Made by a program: the position numbers and the translations under genes. From an uncultured archaeon (GTDB lineage: Archaea; Thermoproteota; Bathyarchaeia; Bathyarchaeales; Bathycorpusculaceae), in assembly GCA_963782915.1 (NCBI GenBank), contig CAWALK010000012.1:224001-288000 (forward strand): a DNA stretch of 64,000 nucleotides, read 5' to 3'. Position 1 is the first letter of the stretch; the number at the start of each line of letters is the position of its first letter. The notes under the pieces were generated by a model. The model was not told the origin of the DNA, did no database searches, and worked only from the letters and a program-made list of their open reading frames with translations. Of this stretch, positions 52,369-63,039 are shown one piece after another.

Positions 52369-53040
52369 TTGCAGGGTATGCGAAGACTGATACTAGAGTT
52401 CCAAAAACAAGAAGTCGAAAAACTCCATGGCGCCATTCCCCTGCATGACATAAAAACGTTTGAAATCATCCAACTGCTCAGACATGACGAGGAAGAGTTC
52501 GCTGCAATCTGCAGAATAGAACCGACAAACGCAGACATGGACTTCTCAAATTTGACTTCAGATGAGGGGCTTGAGAACTTTTCAGGAGCCCAAATTCTTG
52601 AAAAAGAAAAAAGCGGAGCCTACATCATCTTCGTAAAACATAAACCCGTACCTGTAGACCTGACCAGTTCCTTGTTTAAAGGTGAAGGCGGCTATGTTGT
52701 TTCAACCGAAATCCATGAAGACAGAGTTAAAATGACCTATTTGGGAACCGCCAAACAAATAAAAGACATCCTCGACGCAATCAATCAGCATGGCGTGCGC
52801 TACAAGATTTTGTCTCTTACTGACGCAAAATTCTCGCTTAATTCCCCGCTTAACGGTTTGACCGAGAAGCAGAGAAAAGTCTTGATCGCAGCCTATGACT
52901 TGGGGTATTATAGCCTCCCAAGGCGCATCAGCACTGAGCAACTGGCGAAGAGGCTTAATTTGCATAAGTCGGCGCTGCAGGTGCATAGGCGGAAGGCGGA
53001 GATGCGTTTGATTGCTGAAGTGCTTAAAGAGCGAGCATAG
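52369..53040 (+). CDS. Regulator with C-terminal HTH_10 (bacterio-opsin activator-type) domain
   Basis: LTEKQR..L..AY.LGYY..PR.I....LA..L.L.......H.RKAE; divergent from the ABC operon. Confidence 0.85.
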   Translation: MQGMRRLILEFQKQEVEKLHGAIPLHDIKTFEIIQLLRHDEEEFAAICRIEPTNADMDFSNLTSDEGLENFSGAQILEKEKSGAYIIFVKHKPVPVDLTSSLFKGEGGYVVSTEIHEDRVKMTYLGTAKQIKDILDAINQHGVRYKILSLTDAKFSLNSPLNGLTEKQRKVLIAAYDLGYYSLPRRISTEQLAKRLNLHKSALQVHRRKAEMRLIAEVLKERA

Positions 53041-53211
53041 GATTTGGTCCAAAGTGAGATTCGGTGATTCGTCAAAAGAGATATTGCTGAACAGGAAAAG
53101 AAGATAACTAAGCAAGCAAGACAAGCATTACCGAGGCAAGTGTACTCTAAGAGAGCATCAAAATCAAAGAGCTAACAAACAGGACTGAACTGATAGACTG
53201 CTCTTGCTTCA

Positions 53212-53679
53212 TTAAAACGGTGCAGTTGTTGGATTAATCATGCTGACGTTGTAGTCTTCAAGTTTTCTAAAATGTTCTTCATCGGCTGTGTAAATTAGCT
53301 TTGTGTTCTCCGTCATGCATGCGGCTATTAGGGCATCGTTTACTGGGATGTTTGTTTTCTTTGCCCATTGAACAGCTTTTTGGCATGCTTCCTTTGTTAT
53401 TGATAAGTATCCGAGTCGTCTTGAACTTAGAAGAGTGCTCATTCTTGATTCGGCTTCGCTGCAACTGAGCAGTTTTCTTAGAACCGTAAAAACTTCAACT
53501 ATAATGATGGGATTAACCGCTAAAATGTAGTTTAGCTCGCCTTTTAGCCCGTTCTCCAGCAGGTTTAAGCATTTTTCGTGCCTTGTCTTGTCGGGGTAGT
53601 CTTTCAGCATTGCGTAAACTATAATGTTAGAGTCAACTATCGCAAGCGGTTTCGATTCGGCGTTGTTTATTCTTGCCAA
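53212..53679 (-). CDS. VapC-like PIN domain toxin
   Basis: IVDSNIIVYA, EV, NDALIAA and IYTAD..HF motifs; start TTG overlaps the antitoxin stop. Confidence 0.88.
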   Translation of the reverse strand: MARINNAESKPLAIVDSNIIVYAMLKDYPDKTRHEKCLNLLENGLKGELNYILAVNPIIIVEVFTVLRKLLSCSEAESRMSTLLSSRRLGYLSITKEACQKAVQWAKKTNIPVNDALIAACMTENTKLIYTADEEHFRKLEDYNVSMINPTTAPF

Positions 53680-53930
53680 GTTGTTTCTTCCATTATTTCT
53701 TGGAGTTTTTCGGGTGTCACATATTTTTTGAGTTTCGCTGGTTTTTGTAGCATTTGCCATACGGGGTCGTCTTCAAGTTTTTCGTTGGTAAAGTCTAGAA
53801 CGTTTACTTTGAAGCTATGGTCGTCGAGGGGTTCGATGATTACGGTAGTGCCTGGCTTTAGGTGTGTTTGGGCTCTGGTTTTTTTGTCTATTAGTATTCT
53901 GTGTTTTTGGTCAACTTTGGATGTTGACAT
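53667..53930 (-). CDS. AbrB/MazE-like antitoxin (VapB)
   Basis: KVD.K.RI.I.K..R....LKPG..V.I swapped-hairpin pattern, upstream of the PIN gene. Confidence 0.8.
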   Translation of the reverse strand: MSTSKVDQKHRILIDKKTRAQTHLKPGTTVIIEPLDDHSFKVNVLDFTNEKLEDDPVWQMLQKPAKLKKYVTPEKLQEIMEETTWQE

Positions 53931-54283
53931 ATTTTTTCCCACGTTTATTTCCCACTCAGTCCTAAATAAAACTTTTGCCAATACCAACCTCCCCAAAATT
54001 TCATATAATTCGAAGGCACCCTAAGCACAGTGCCTACGGCCTCATCGCAGTAAACAAGGCGTACCTCATTCTGGCGAACTCGAGCAATCGATAAAGAAGC
54101 CACAGTGCAACTCGACCATTACAGGGAAGGATACAATTACGCGGGTTTAGTCACGGCGTTGGTCTACTCGTAGGACGGGACACTTTTGTTCTGGTATGCT
54201 AATAGAAGGCAGATATCGAGTTTTAACAGGGCAATAGATAACGAAGAGTAAGAACTGGATTATCTTGGGAGTTAGACCTTTTT

Positions 54284-54474
54284 GTCTTTATATAGGGGAT
54301 AGGGTGTCCTTTGAGAGTAACAAACCTTCGATGCAGCTTTGCATCTGCTTGCTAAAGTCTCCACAACCAGCCAGCAATGTGAATCAGACGCAGACACAAA
54401 AAAGCAACCGACGGCGCAGTCTACTGGTTGTTGTTGTGTATAGGAGATTTTCACCAACAACACACTGTAGAAGA
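54284..54474 (-). repeat. Dispersed intergenic repeat, copy D (diverged)
   Basis: The minus strand reads TTCTACAGTGTGTTGTTGGTGAAAATCTCCTATACACAACAACAACCAG...TTTGTTACTCTCAAAGGACACCCTATCCCCTATATAAAG; its 5' end closely matches 60263-60311. Confidence 0.8.
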
Positions 54475-54570
54475 AGAGGTCAAGAAACACTGAACAGTAA
54501 CCTTTAAACGGATACGTTTATATTGAAATCTACAGTTTTAGTGACTACTCGAATCAAGGAAATGTAGAAT

Positions 54571-54963
54571 ATGTCTACCCATAGCAGTCTATACAAAAGA
54601 AAACTCACAGGCGGCAAAAAACGAGCTTACCGCAGCAAGAAACTCTACGAAGCAGGCGGATACCCAGCAGAGACAACTCTTGGTGAGCCAAGAAGAAAAT
54701 GCAAAAGAGCTATTGGCGGTAACGTAAGAATCAAAGCATTAAGTGACAAATTCGCTTCAGTAACAGACCCAAAAAGCGGCAAAACAGAGAAATCTGAAAT
54801 AGTTCGTGTTGTCAAAAACGGAGCAAACGTTGACTATAACCGCAGAGGAGTCATCACAAAAGGCGCAGAAATCGAAACTGAATTGGGCTTAGCTAAAGTT
54901 ACAAGTCGTCCAGGCTGCGACGGCGTAATCAGCGCAGTCCTAATCACTAAAGAAAAAGCCTAA
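54571..54963 (+). CDS. rps8e: 30S ribosomal protein S8e (eS8)
   Basis: KRK.TGG, GGN, RRGVITKGA.I.T..G.A.VTSRPG..G motifs. Confidence 0.96.
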   Translation: MSTHSSLYKRKLTGGKKRAYRSKKLYEAGGYPAETTLGEPRRKCKRAIGGNVRIKALSDKFASVTDPKSGKTEKSEIVRVVKNGANVDYNRRGVITKGAEIETELGLAKVTSRPGCDGVISAVLITKEKA

Positions 54964-55009
54964 TTTTCCCTTTTAAAATATAAAAAAATATTTTTATTTG
55001 TTTAATGTT

Positions 55010-55321
55010 TTAGCGTTTAGTCTGCACGGGTTGCTGCTGATTCTTAATTTTCACAAGCTGCTTAGCTAACTTTTTAATTATGGCTTCTTTAGCTTCGTTC
55101 TTCTCAACCAGCAACATACCGCTCTTAGACCAGTGCATCTTGGGGAAATGGGCTTCAAGATTAATTTCGTTCTCTAAACCCAACTTATCAGCCGCTTCTT
55201 TAATTTCAACAATCTTGGGGGAAATCACCGCTTGACTCTTAGGCACACGGCGCCCTTCCTCTCTAGACTTGTTAATATCGAAGTATACTGGCCAAATGAT
55301 GGCTTTGTCAAGTTTCCGCAT
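55010..55321 (-). CDS. srp19: Signal recognition particle protein SRP19
   Basis: IIWPVYFD..KSR.EGRRVPK..AV..P...EI..A...LG motif. Confidence 0.93.
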   Translation of the reverse strand: MRKLDKAIIWPVYFDINKSREEGRRVPKSQAVISPKIVEIKEAADKLGLENEINLEAHFPKMHWSKSGMLLVEKNEAKEAIIKKLAKQLVKIKNQQQPVQTKR

Positions 55322-55330
55322 TCATGTCAC

Positions 55331-57083
55331 CTATTTTTGGGCAAAGTAAACAGTTAGTTTTTCGCCGACTTCGTTTACCCGCACAAAGCCGAACCGTTCA
55401 AACTGTATGATGTCGTCTGGCTTTAACTTTTTGCAGGCATCCTCAGCAAAGCCTTCGATGACTGTGGCGTCTTGCTGGACTACGTCTGTTTTGTATTCTG
55501 CGCCTTTAGGGATCCACTGGATGAGTTGGGCCTTGAGTTTACGCACATCGTCATAGGATTCGCTCGCATACGATGCGGTTACGCAGTTGTCGGTTACTGT
55601 TTGGATTTGTATGTTGAATAGTTCCATGAGGCGCATGGTTTGCTGGGGCTGCATGGCTTGAGCGTCTTTTTGGGCAATCCACAAACTGGCCGTACACTCA
55701 TCACCTTCGGGTTTAACGGTGTATTCGCGGAAGCCCCGTTCAGGGTGCTCCGAATGCAGCGGCAGCTTTGCCTGGAAAATCTTGGGTAACCCAGACACTT
55801 TGAGTTCGACTGGTGATGCTACGAAGAAGTAGCGGTTGCTGGTGGAGTCAAGAATTTTACGGTTGTAAGAATTCAGGTTCTCCCAGCTCAAGGTTACATC
55901 GTTGGGTTTGATGCCTACGTCAACGATCATTTTCTTGATAGCTTCAGGGGTAATGCCGCGTTTTCTCAGCGCCGCAAAAGTGCCGAGTCGTGGGTCGTCG
56001 AAGTCTGCGTAGTCACCCTCTTTGATGCCTGCAACAATCTTGGATTTGGATAAGTGCTGCGCCCGTGATTTTTAGTCTGCCGTAATGGATGGCTTCGGGG
56101 TATTCCCAGCCGAGGTGCTGGTACATGTATTTCTGGCGCACCATGTTGGTGAAGTGTTCTTTGCCTCGGATGATATGGGTCATGCCCATCAGGTGGTCAT
56201 CTAAGCCTGCTGCCAAGTTGTATAGTGGCCAAAGGATGTATTTGCTGCCGACCCGTGGGTGAGGATACTTTTTGGTATCGATTATGCGCAGTGCTGGCCA
56301 ATCGCGGATGGCTGGGTTTGGATGGTCCAGTTCGGTTTTTATGCGGACTACTGCTTGTCCTTCTTGGTATCCGCCTGCGAGCATTTTGTGCCAACGCTCC
56401 AGCTGCTCATTGGCGGGTAGGTTTCGGCATGGGCAAGCCTCTTTCAACAAAGTTCGGTTATGGAATTCTTCAGCGGGGCATTCGCAGACATATGCGTTGC
56501 CGTCCCCGACCATCTTCTCAACATATCCGTAGTAGATTTCGAGGCGGTCGCTTTGGATGTATTCTTCGTCCCATGTGCAGCCGAGCCATTTGAGGTCTCT
56601 GCGGATGGCTTCATAATATTCCAGGGATGGCTTCTTGGTTTTGGGGTCGGTGTCTTCGAAGCGTAGGATGAATTTGCCGCTGTACATGCGGGCGTATTCG
56701 TGGCTTAGCACTATAGCGCGTGCGGAGCCCAAGTGCAGTACGCAGTCTGGGTTAGGTGAAAATCTGGTTACGATTTGCTTGTATTTGTCCGCGTTTGGCA
56801 GCGGAGGCAGTTTTTTCTCTTCTGCCTCATGCTTCTTTTGGGTATCGGGCCAATTCGCCTCAACAATAGCTTTCTGTTCAGCTAATGATAAACTGTTAAC
56901 TTCAGCTACAACCGCGTTGATAACGCCTGAAAGTTCCTTGATTTTGCTGCGGTACTCTGCTTTTTCGCCGAGAACTTTGCCTACCATTGCGCCTGCTTGC
57001 GCTTTACCATCATGACTAACCGCGTTCAACAATGCGGCTTTACGGATAAACTCACGTAATTCATTATCGTTTTCTAATGCCAA
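55331..57083 (-). CDS. gltX: Glutamyl-tRNA synthetase (archaeal type), frameshift near 56050
   Basis: TRFSPNP...HLGS, LRFEDTDP, THIIRGKEH, DDPRL.T..ALR.RG and QFERFGFVR motifs. Confidence 0.95.
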
Positions 57084-57100
57084 ACCTGATACGCTCGCAT

Positions 57101-58172
57101 TTACTTGTTTCGTGTTATCAAGAATTCAGCGAACGCTTTTAATTTTTCCTTAGCTTCGGGCGTAGGAAGAAGCTTATCTACCTCACTCCAGCTGTCCACA
57201 ACCATCTTTTCCGCGACTGCTTTGACATGCTCAAACGCGCCATATTTTTTGATGATGGCGATTGCTTCGTCGCGTAGGTTTTGGTCAAACGTGTGCATGT
57301 TGAGGATTTCGATTAAGCGTTGTTTGTCTGCAGCGTTGGCTTTTTGGAGTGTGTAGATGACTAGTAGGGAGCGTTTGCCTTCGCTTATGTCGCCGCCTGC
57401 GCCGCCTTTCTTTTTAGCGAATTCCTCGCCGATTAAATCTAAGTACGTCATCTTGCATCTGGAATGCGACGCCTATGCATTCGGCTAATCGCCCAAGCTT
57501 CTCAACCAGTTTGCCATCGGCATCTGAGAGAACCGCAGCCATTTTTGCAGCCATACGCGCCAGCGTGCCTGTTTTGTAGGCGCACATCTGCAAGTAATCC
57601 TGCTCACTCAGGTTGTCAGCGTTGGCTAAACTTCGGTGCCAAGCTATATCCATGGCTTGCCCCATACTGAGGTTAATCATTTCCTGCACGTAAATCTCAT
57701 AAACATCCCGCTGCGCCTCAGCAGAGAGCTTGTCTCTGTTTGCCATTATGGGTAAAAGCGGCAGGTAATACATGGCGTTGCCTGCGTTTACGGAGATGTC
57801 GAGTTGGAAGATTTTGTAGGTGCAGGGTTTGCCTCTGCGCATCTCACTGGAGTCTTCGATGTCGTCGATAACTAAGGTGCCGTTGTGGATGACTTCGGGG
57901 ATAACTGCGAAGTCAAGGCAGTAATCAGCCTGTTTGCCCAGTGCTTCACAGATAAGTAGGAAAAGTGCGGGTCTCCACCGTTTTCCGCCTCTGTCAAGCA
58001 TATCCCAGATTGGGTCAGCTATAGCTTTGTTGAGTGGTTCAAGGTTATAGCTATAGAGGGGAGGATTTACTTTGAAGAGAACTGCTTCTTTGGTGAATTT
58101 TCTTGGGAGATATTTTTCTATTGCTTTGTCGACTTTTGGTGCTGTTTCTTCAAGATACTTTTCGATGTCCAT
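57101..58172 (-). CDS. idsA: Geranylgeranyl diphosphate synthase / polyprenyl synthetase, frameshift near 57440
   Basis: GGKR.RP, LVIDDIED.S..RRG.P, GQAMD, YKT, AFQ.QDD and DI.EGK motifs. Confidence 0.9.
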
Positions 58173-58173
58173 G

Positions 58174-59279
58174 TTAGTATGCTCCTCGTTTTGCATATTT
58201 TTGGAGGTTGAAACCTCGGGCAGTTAACCATTCGGCTGTTTTGCCAGTGATGACAACTGGTGTGTTTGCTAAATCTGTGATTTTTTCTACGCCGACAAGG
58301 AACATAACGTTGCGGAGTTCCTCTATTAGGCATTGGAGTTTCTGTTCGGTTTCTTTTGTGCCTTTAACGGCTGTTTGGAGAATAGGCTGGACTATGCTGG
58401 CTAAGCTGGCGTTTAATGACTAGGGCTTTGGCGATGTCTGTGCCGCTGCGAACTCCGCCAGATGCGATTAATGGGAGTTTAACGGTTTGGGCTGACTCAA
58501 TCAGGCTTACAGCGGTGGTTATGCCCCAATCCCATAGTGCTTCACCCAAGAAATGCTGGATTTCGCCTTCTTTCTTTGAGACACGGTGGTATTCGACTGC
58601 TGCAAAGCTTGTTCCGCCGACTCCGCCGATGTCGATGGCTTTTACGCCTGCGTTTTCGAGGGCTTTGGCGTCTTCGGCTGAGATGCCTGCGCCCGTTTCT
58701 TTTACGATGACTGGTTGGTCTATTGCGCCTGCGATTTCCTCTATTTTGGCGAGGACACCTTTGAAGTTAGTTTGACCTTCTGGCTGCACAGCTTCCTGCA
58801 ACGCATTCAAGTGTACTGCAACTGCGTCGGCATCTATCATTTCAACGATGCGTTTGACTTCTTTCACGCCATAACCATGGACAAGTTGGACTCCGCCGAC
58901 GTTAGCGATTAAGAATGCGTGGGGTGCTTTTTCACGTGCAACCCTGTAAGTGCGTTCTAGGGTGCTGTTTTCTATGGCGGCTCTTTGGCTACCAACACCC
59001 ATGCCTAACCCAAGTTTTTCTACCGCTTCGGCTATGGCTGTGTTGATTTTGATGGCTTCTTCGGTGCCGCCAGTCATAGCGCCAACAATAATTGGGGCAG
59101 AGAATTTTTTGCCTAAAAAAGAAGTTGAAAGATTAATTTTGGCTTTATCGGTTTCTGGCAATGCTCGGTGAACCAAGTTGGATGTCTTCAAAGCCTGCTG
59201 TGGCTTTCTTAGCTTGCGCTTTATCATCCAAACAGATACGAATATGGTCTACTTTGCGTTTGCCAGTTTCCTCAGCCAT
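58174..59279 (-). CDS. fni: Type 2 isopentenyl-diphosphate delta-isomerase, frameshifted at both ends
   Basis: RK.DHIRIC, HRALPE, MTGG, GVGSQR, HLN.LQE.VQPEG, KETG.G, GGTSF and ASGGVR motifs. Confidence 0.93.
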
Positions 59280-59280
59280 T

Positions 59281-60084
59281 CTACGCCTTCTCTATTTCAG
59301 TGCCTAACACACTTTGGTCTGTTAAGGCTCTAAAGATAGATAACCCTTTTGTGGCGCCTGTGATGGTTACTTTAACGCCTGCTTCGACGGCTGGGATTAA
59401 CTCGGCGATTTTGCCTGCCATGCCGCCTGTAATGTCGGTGCCTTGGGCTTTTCCGATTTTGGGTTGTATCTCTTTTAGTTCTTGTAGGTTTAGTTTTTTG
59501 TAGGCTTTGGCGTTTGGGTTAAGTTTGGGGTCTGAGTCGAATAATCCGTCTGTGTCGGTTCCGACTACGATTTTTGAGGCTTTGTATTTGATGGCGAGCC
59601 ATGATACGAGTGAGTCTCCTGAGAGGACTGTGAAACCCATTTTTTCGTCGAGAACAACATCGCCGTACATGACTGGTATGAAATTCATTTTTTGGTACGC
59701 TTTTAGGAGGGTTTCGTCGAAGTATTTGACTTTGCCATTTTCGGTTATGAAGGAGCCTGATGGTGCGATGCTGACCGCTGGGATTTCATGCCAAATCAAT
59801 GCGTCCATGACTAAGCCGTTTAGCACTGTCATGACGTGGTGTGTTTCGGCGAATCCCAGTTTCTGGGTTGGGTCTTCTTTGTAACCGTCTTTTATGCCGT
59901 ATTTGGCTGCTGTTGGGTGACCGAAGCTTCCGCCGCCGTGAACTATGATTAGGTTATCTAGGTCTGCCCGCTTGATTTCTTCTGCTAAGCGGTTGATGAT
60001 TTCTGTTTTTGCGGCTAATTCTCCAGTCTTGTCAGTGATGGCTGAACCGCCGATTTTTAGAATGATTGGTCTTGCATCGCTCAT
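59281..60084 (-). CDS. ipk: Isopentenyl phosphate kinase
   Basis: LKIGGSAITDK, HGGGSFGH, SGD and DITGGM.GK motifs; upstream of fni. Confidence 0.92.
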   Translation of the reverse strand: MSDARPIILKIGGSAITDKTGELAAKTEIINRLAEEIKRADLDNLIIVHGGGSFGHPTAAKYGIKDGYKEDPTQKLGFAETHHVMTVLNGLVMDALIWHEIPAVSIAPSGSFITENGKVKYFDETLLKAYQKMNFIPVMYGDVVLDEKMGFTVLSGDSLVSWLAIKYKASKIVVGTDTDGLFDSDPKLNPNAKAYKKLNLQELKEIQPKIGKAQGTDITGGMAGKIAELIPAVEAGVKVTITGATKGLSIFRALTDQSVLGTEIEKA

Positions 60085-60258
60085 CGTAAATCGTACCTTA
60101 ACTATGAGTATTTATGTTCTGGTAATTTAACGTTGCAGTTGGTTTGCTGTGCCGTCTTGAAGGGTTATGGGGTTGTTTGTTTTATTTTTGGAGGCGTCTG
60201 TTTTGGTATGCACAGGTTTTTGGTAAGTATTGCGGGTTTTGATATGTTTGCTGTGCGG

Positions 60259-60515
60259 TTTTTTCTACAGTGTGTTGTTGCCGAAAATGCCCTATACACA
60301 ACAACAACCAGCGGATTGTGGAAATGCTTGCTTTTTTTGTTCTGCGGCTGGTGTGGGTTGCAGGTTGGTTGCGGCGGTTTCTGTAAGCAACTCGGTTTTA
60401 GGTGCTGGTGGACCTACCTACCTCAGAGGTACCTACCCCTCCCTTATTTAAAGAATAAATAGAGTAGGCTGCTGTTGCTCTGCCGACCTACCCCTCCCCT
60501 ATATATAGATTCAAC
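60259..60515 (+). repeat. Dispersed intergenic repeat, copy E (full length)
   Basis: Colinear with 1336-1585; ends TGTTGCTCTGCCGACCTACCCCTCCCCTATATATAGATTCAACC. Confidence 0.85.
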
Positions 60516-60896
60516 CGTAGGTTCAATTATCCAGTGAAGCGGGGATCAGAACAATCACACAACCAACCAAACGCTGTACGTTTGCTGAAGAACACCCAGG
60601 AAAAGCATGCGTTTGCGGGTTACCACCTGCTGGATCTAATGCTATTGTTAAGCAGCTGCTTCAGCTGTCGAGATGTTTTGTCTATGGAGTCACTGGTTTC
60701 TTCTAACTGGGGAAAATCTGCACTTAAAAATTCGTAATGTTCTAGCGGGATCAATTCGGCAATGTTTCGTAGGGTGTTTTCGCTTGATAACTGGCGCTGT
60801 TTTGAAGAAGGGGTATTTTGAACAAAGAGAAGTCATTTAAGTCAGCTTGTTTTTGGAAAAAAGGGAGAGAGCTCTAAAGCTCACCCATATCTAGGT

Positions 60897-61715
60897 CTAT
60901 TCCTCGGGTTCTCGGTCCTTGACGAAAGCCATGACGGCGACGATTGCGGCTATGACGCTGATAATTATGGCTGCATAGACCAATATGCTGTCTGCGTTTT
61001 CTCCCGCTGGGCCGGTTGAGCCTTTTGCGCCTTTGTCTCCTGTTTGGCCTGTGTCTCCTTTGGGTCCTGTTAGGTCTGGGACGATTATGGCTGTGTTTGC
61101 CATTGCGCCTGTTCTGGTTTGAGCCATTAAAGTGTAGTTGCCGCTGATGCTTGTTGGGATGATCAGTGTTACGGAGAAGTTGCCGAGATTATCGGTTACT
61201 CCGATGTCAGTGAAGTTGAATACTGGACCAGTAGCGCCTGCCAGTACGAAGCCGACGCCATCCATTTGGCCAAAACCGCTGCCGGTTACTTTGATGAGGT
61301 TGCTGTTGGCGGGTGAAGCAGTGATTTTTGGTGTTGCTGAGTTTGTGATGGTGTATACTGTGCTTGCAGTTACTGTGGAGGTTTTAGCGTATATGATGTA
61401 GGTTCCAGGGGCGGCGGATGGTAAGGTGACACTGTTTGCGAATTGACCGATGCTGCTGGTTGTTATATGTTCAGTGAAGTTATACACGACTACGCCGGTG
61501 GTTGCATTTGCCAGAGCAAGGTAAACGGTTTCGTTTGCGTTGAACATGTTGCCGATTACATTGATTACGTTGCTATTGCTGGTTGGAGCAACTGTTAAGG
61601 TTGCCACAGTGTTTGCGCTTGCAGTTGCCAATATGGGCGTAGCCAGCATGATGCAAAGCGCCACCAAGATTGCAAAGATATGTTTTCTATTCTTTTGTGG
61701 TTGTTTTTGGTTCAT
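60897..61715 (-). CDS. Membrane-anchored surface protein with two Ig/IPT-like repeats and a collagen-like G-X-Y stalk
   Basis: Signal peptide, two alignable ~85 aa beta repeats, GPKGDTGQTGDKGAKGSTGPAGEN and a C-terminal TM. Confidence 0.8.
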   Translation of the reverse strand: MNQKQPQKNRKHIFAILVALCIMLATPILATASANTVATLTVAPTSNSNVINVIGNMFNANETVYLALANATTGVVVYNFTEHITTSSIGQFANSVTLPSAAPGTYIIYAKTSTVTASTVYTITNSATPKITASPANSNLIKVTGSGFGQMDGVGFVLAGATGPVFNFTDIGVTDNLGNFSVTLIIPTSISGNYTLMAQTRTGAMANTAIIVPDLTGPKGDTGQTGDKGAKGSTGPAGENADSILVYAAIIISVIAAIVAVMAFVKDREPEE

Positions 61716-61726
61716 TCATATTCCTC

Positions 61727-63038
61727 CTATTCGTATCTCAAGGCTTCTACAGGTCTAAGCTTAGATGCTCTCCATGATGGATACAGGGCAAAGATAACGC
61801 TAATACCAACACCGAAACCAAACGCGCCTACGAGCACTAACGGAGTTAATACTGGCGTTAAAGTTATCCCGCCGGCTGACCCGAGCAACCCTGAACCTAA
61901 GATGTTGGCGACGACAATTGCTAAGCCATAGCCAGCAACTATACCGATGACTGCACCCAGTACGCCAATGATTGCTGCTTCGCCTATGAAAATTGACAGT
62001 ACAGTTCTGCGTTTCATGCCTAATGCTTTCAGGATGCCTATTTCGCGAGTGCGCTCAATCATCGAGACAAGCATGATGTTCATTATGCCAACGCCTGCGA
62101 CTAGTAGCGAGATGCCTGCGATGCCAACGAGGAACAATTGTATAATGCTAAAGATTGAATTAATCGTGGCAAGCATGGATGTAGATGACATAACAGAGAC
62201 GTCGGAGCCATATTCGTCTTTGATTGCTTTAGTTACTGCGTCGATGGTGGCGGAGTCGCTGTTTGTGAGTTTCACGATGATCATGCTGCATTTAGTGGTG
62301 CCAAAGAAGTTTTCTGCTTCCTTGATAGGCATGTAGACGCCTGTATCAGATGGACCAGATAGGCTTAAGCCGCCGACTTCTTCAAGTACACCGGTAACAG
62401 TGACGCTGCTAAGTTTCATTTGTAAGCGGATATGTTGTGGAGTTAGTCCAACTGACGTTGATATGGTCGCCTGTGTTGAAGTAGATTGTACCGTTATCGC
62501 CGGGATCGTTCACGTGGGCGCCTATAACAACCTCGTTGTTGTCGGGGTTATTTGGGATGCTGCCGTCTTTTGCTACAAACGTGGAGCTGTACACTTCGGG
62601 GTAGGTTTCAAAATCAACGCCGTATAGAGTGACAGACCCATTGAGGTTCTCACTTACGATGTATCCACTACGACTGATAACCGGAGTTACCGTTTCAATA
62701 TCGGTAGACAACGAGCTAATTATCTCGGTATCGTTGAGGTAGAGTGCAAACCCTGAATCACCACTTGAAGTACTAGCGCCTCCGCCAAACCCTTGATTGG
62801 GACTTGGAGGTCCGCTAATACCGCCAAGAGCGCCGCCACCCGCAGTCAAAACTAGAGTGTCAGCAGACAAGCCATCATTTAACTGGCTTGTTAACGATGT
62901 CTGCAACCCTTGAGTGATTGATAGAAGCGCCACAATAGCCGCGATACCAATCACTACACCTAGAGTTGTTAATGCTGCTTTCAGCTTGCGAAGCCTAATG
63001 GCATTGAAAGAAAAACCGAAAATATCAGATGTTCGCAT
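61727..63038 (-). CDS. MacB/FtsX-family ABC permease, frameshift near 62415
   Basis: LT.LGVVIGIAA, ISLLVAGVGIMNIM..S..ERTREIG..KALG and P..RA..L.PVEALR motifs. Confidence 0.9.
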
Positions 63039-63039
63039 T

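Noticed and set aside
15311-59279. Programmed frameshifting or mass pseudogenisation of core genes
   Set aside because: The breaks are numerous, share no slippery motif and hit essential genes; sequencing error is simpler.
60133-60462. ORFs 60133-60462, 60230-60451 and 54272-54490 (two share YTQQQP.DC)
   Set aside because: The similarity comes from the DNA repeat, and frames are not maintained across copies.
1336-60515. CRISPR array or replication-origin (ORB) interpretation of the repeats
   Set aside because: The copies are dispersed, with no regular spacers or cas genes. They lack the ORB TCCA...GAAAC core, and no orc1/cdc6 is present.
60618-60836. Possible small minus-strand ORF (…QRQLSSENTLRNIAEL…SSRW*)
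   Set aside because: It needs a frameshift to reach a start codon and no family was recognised.
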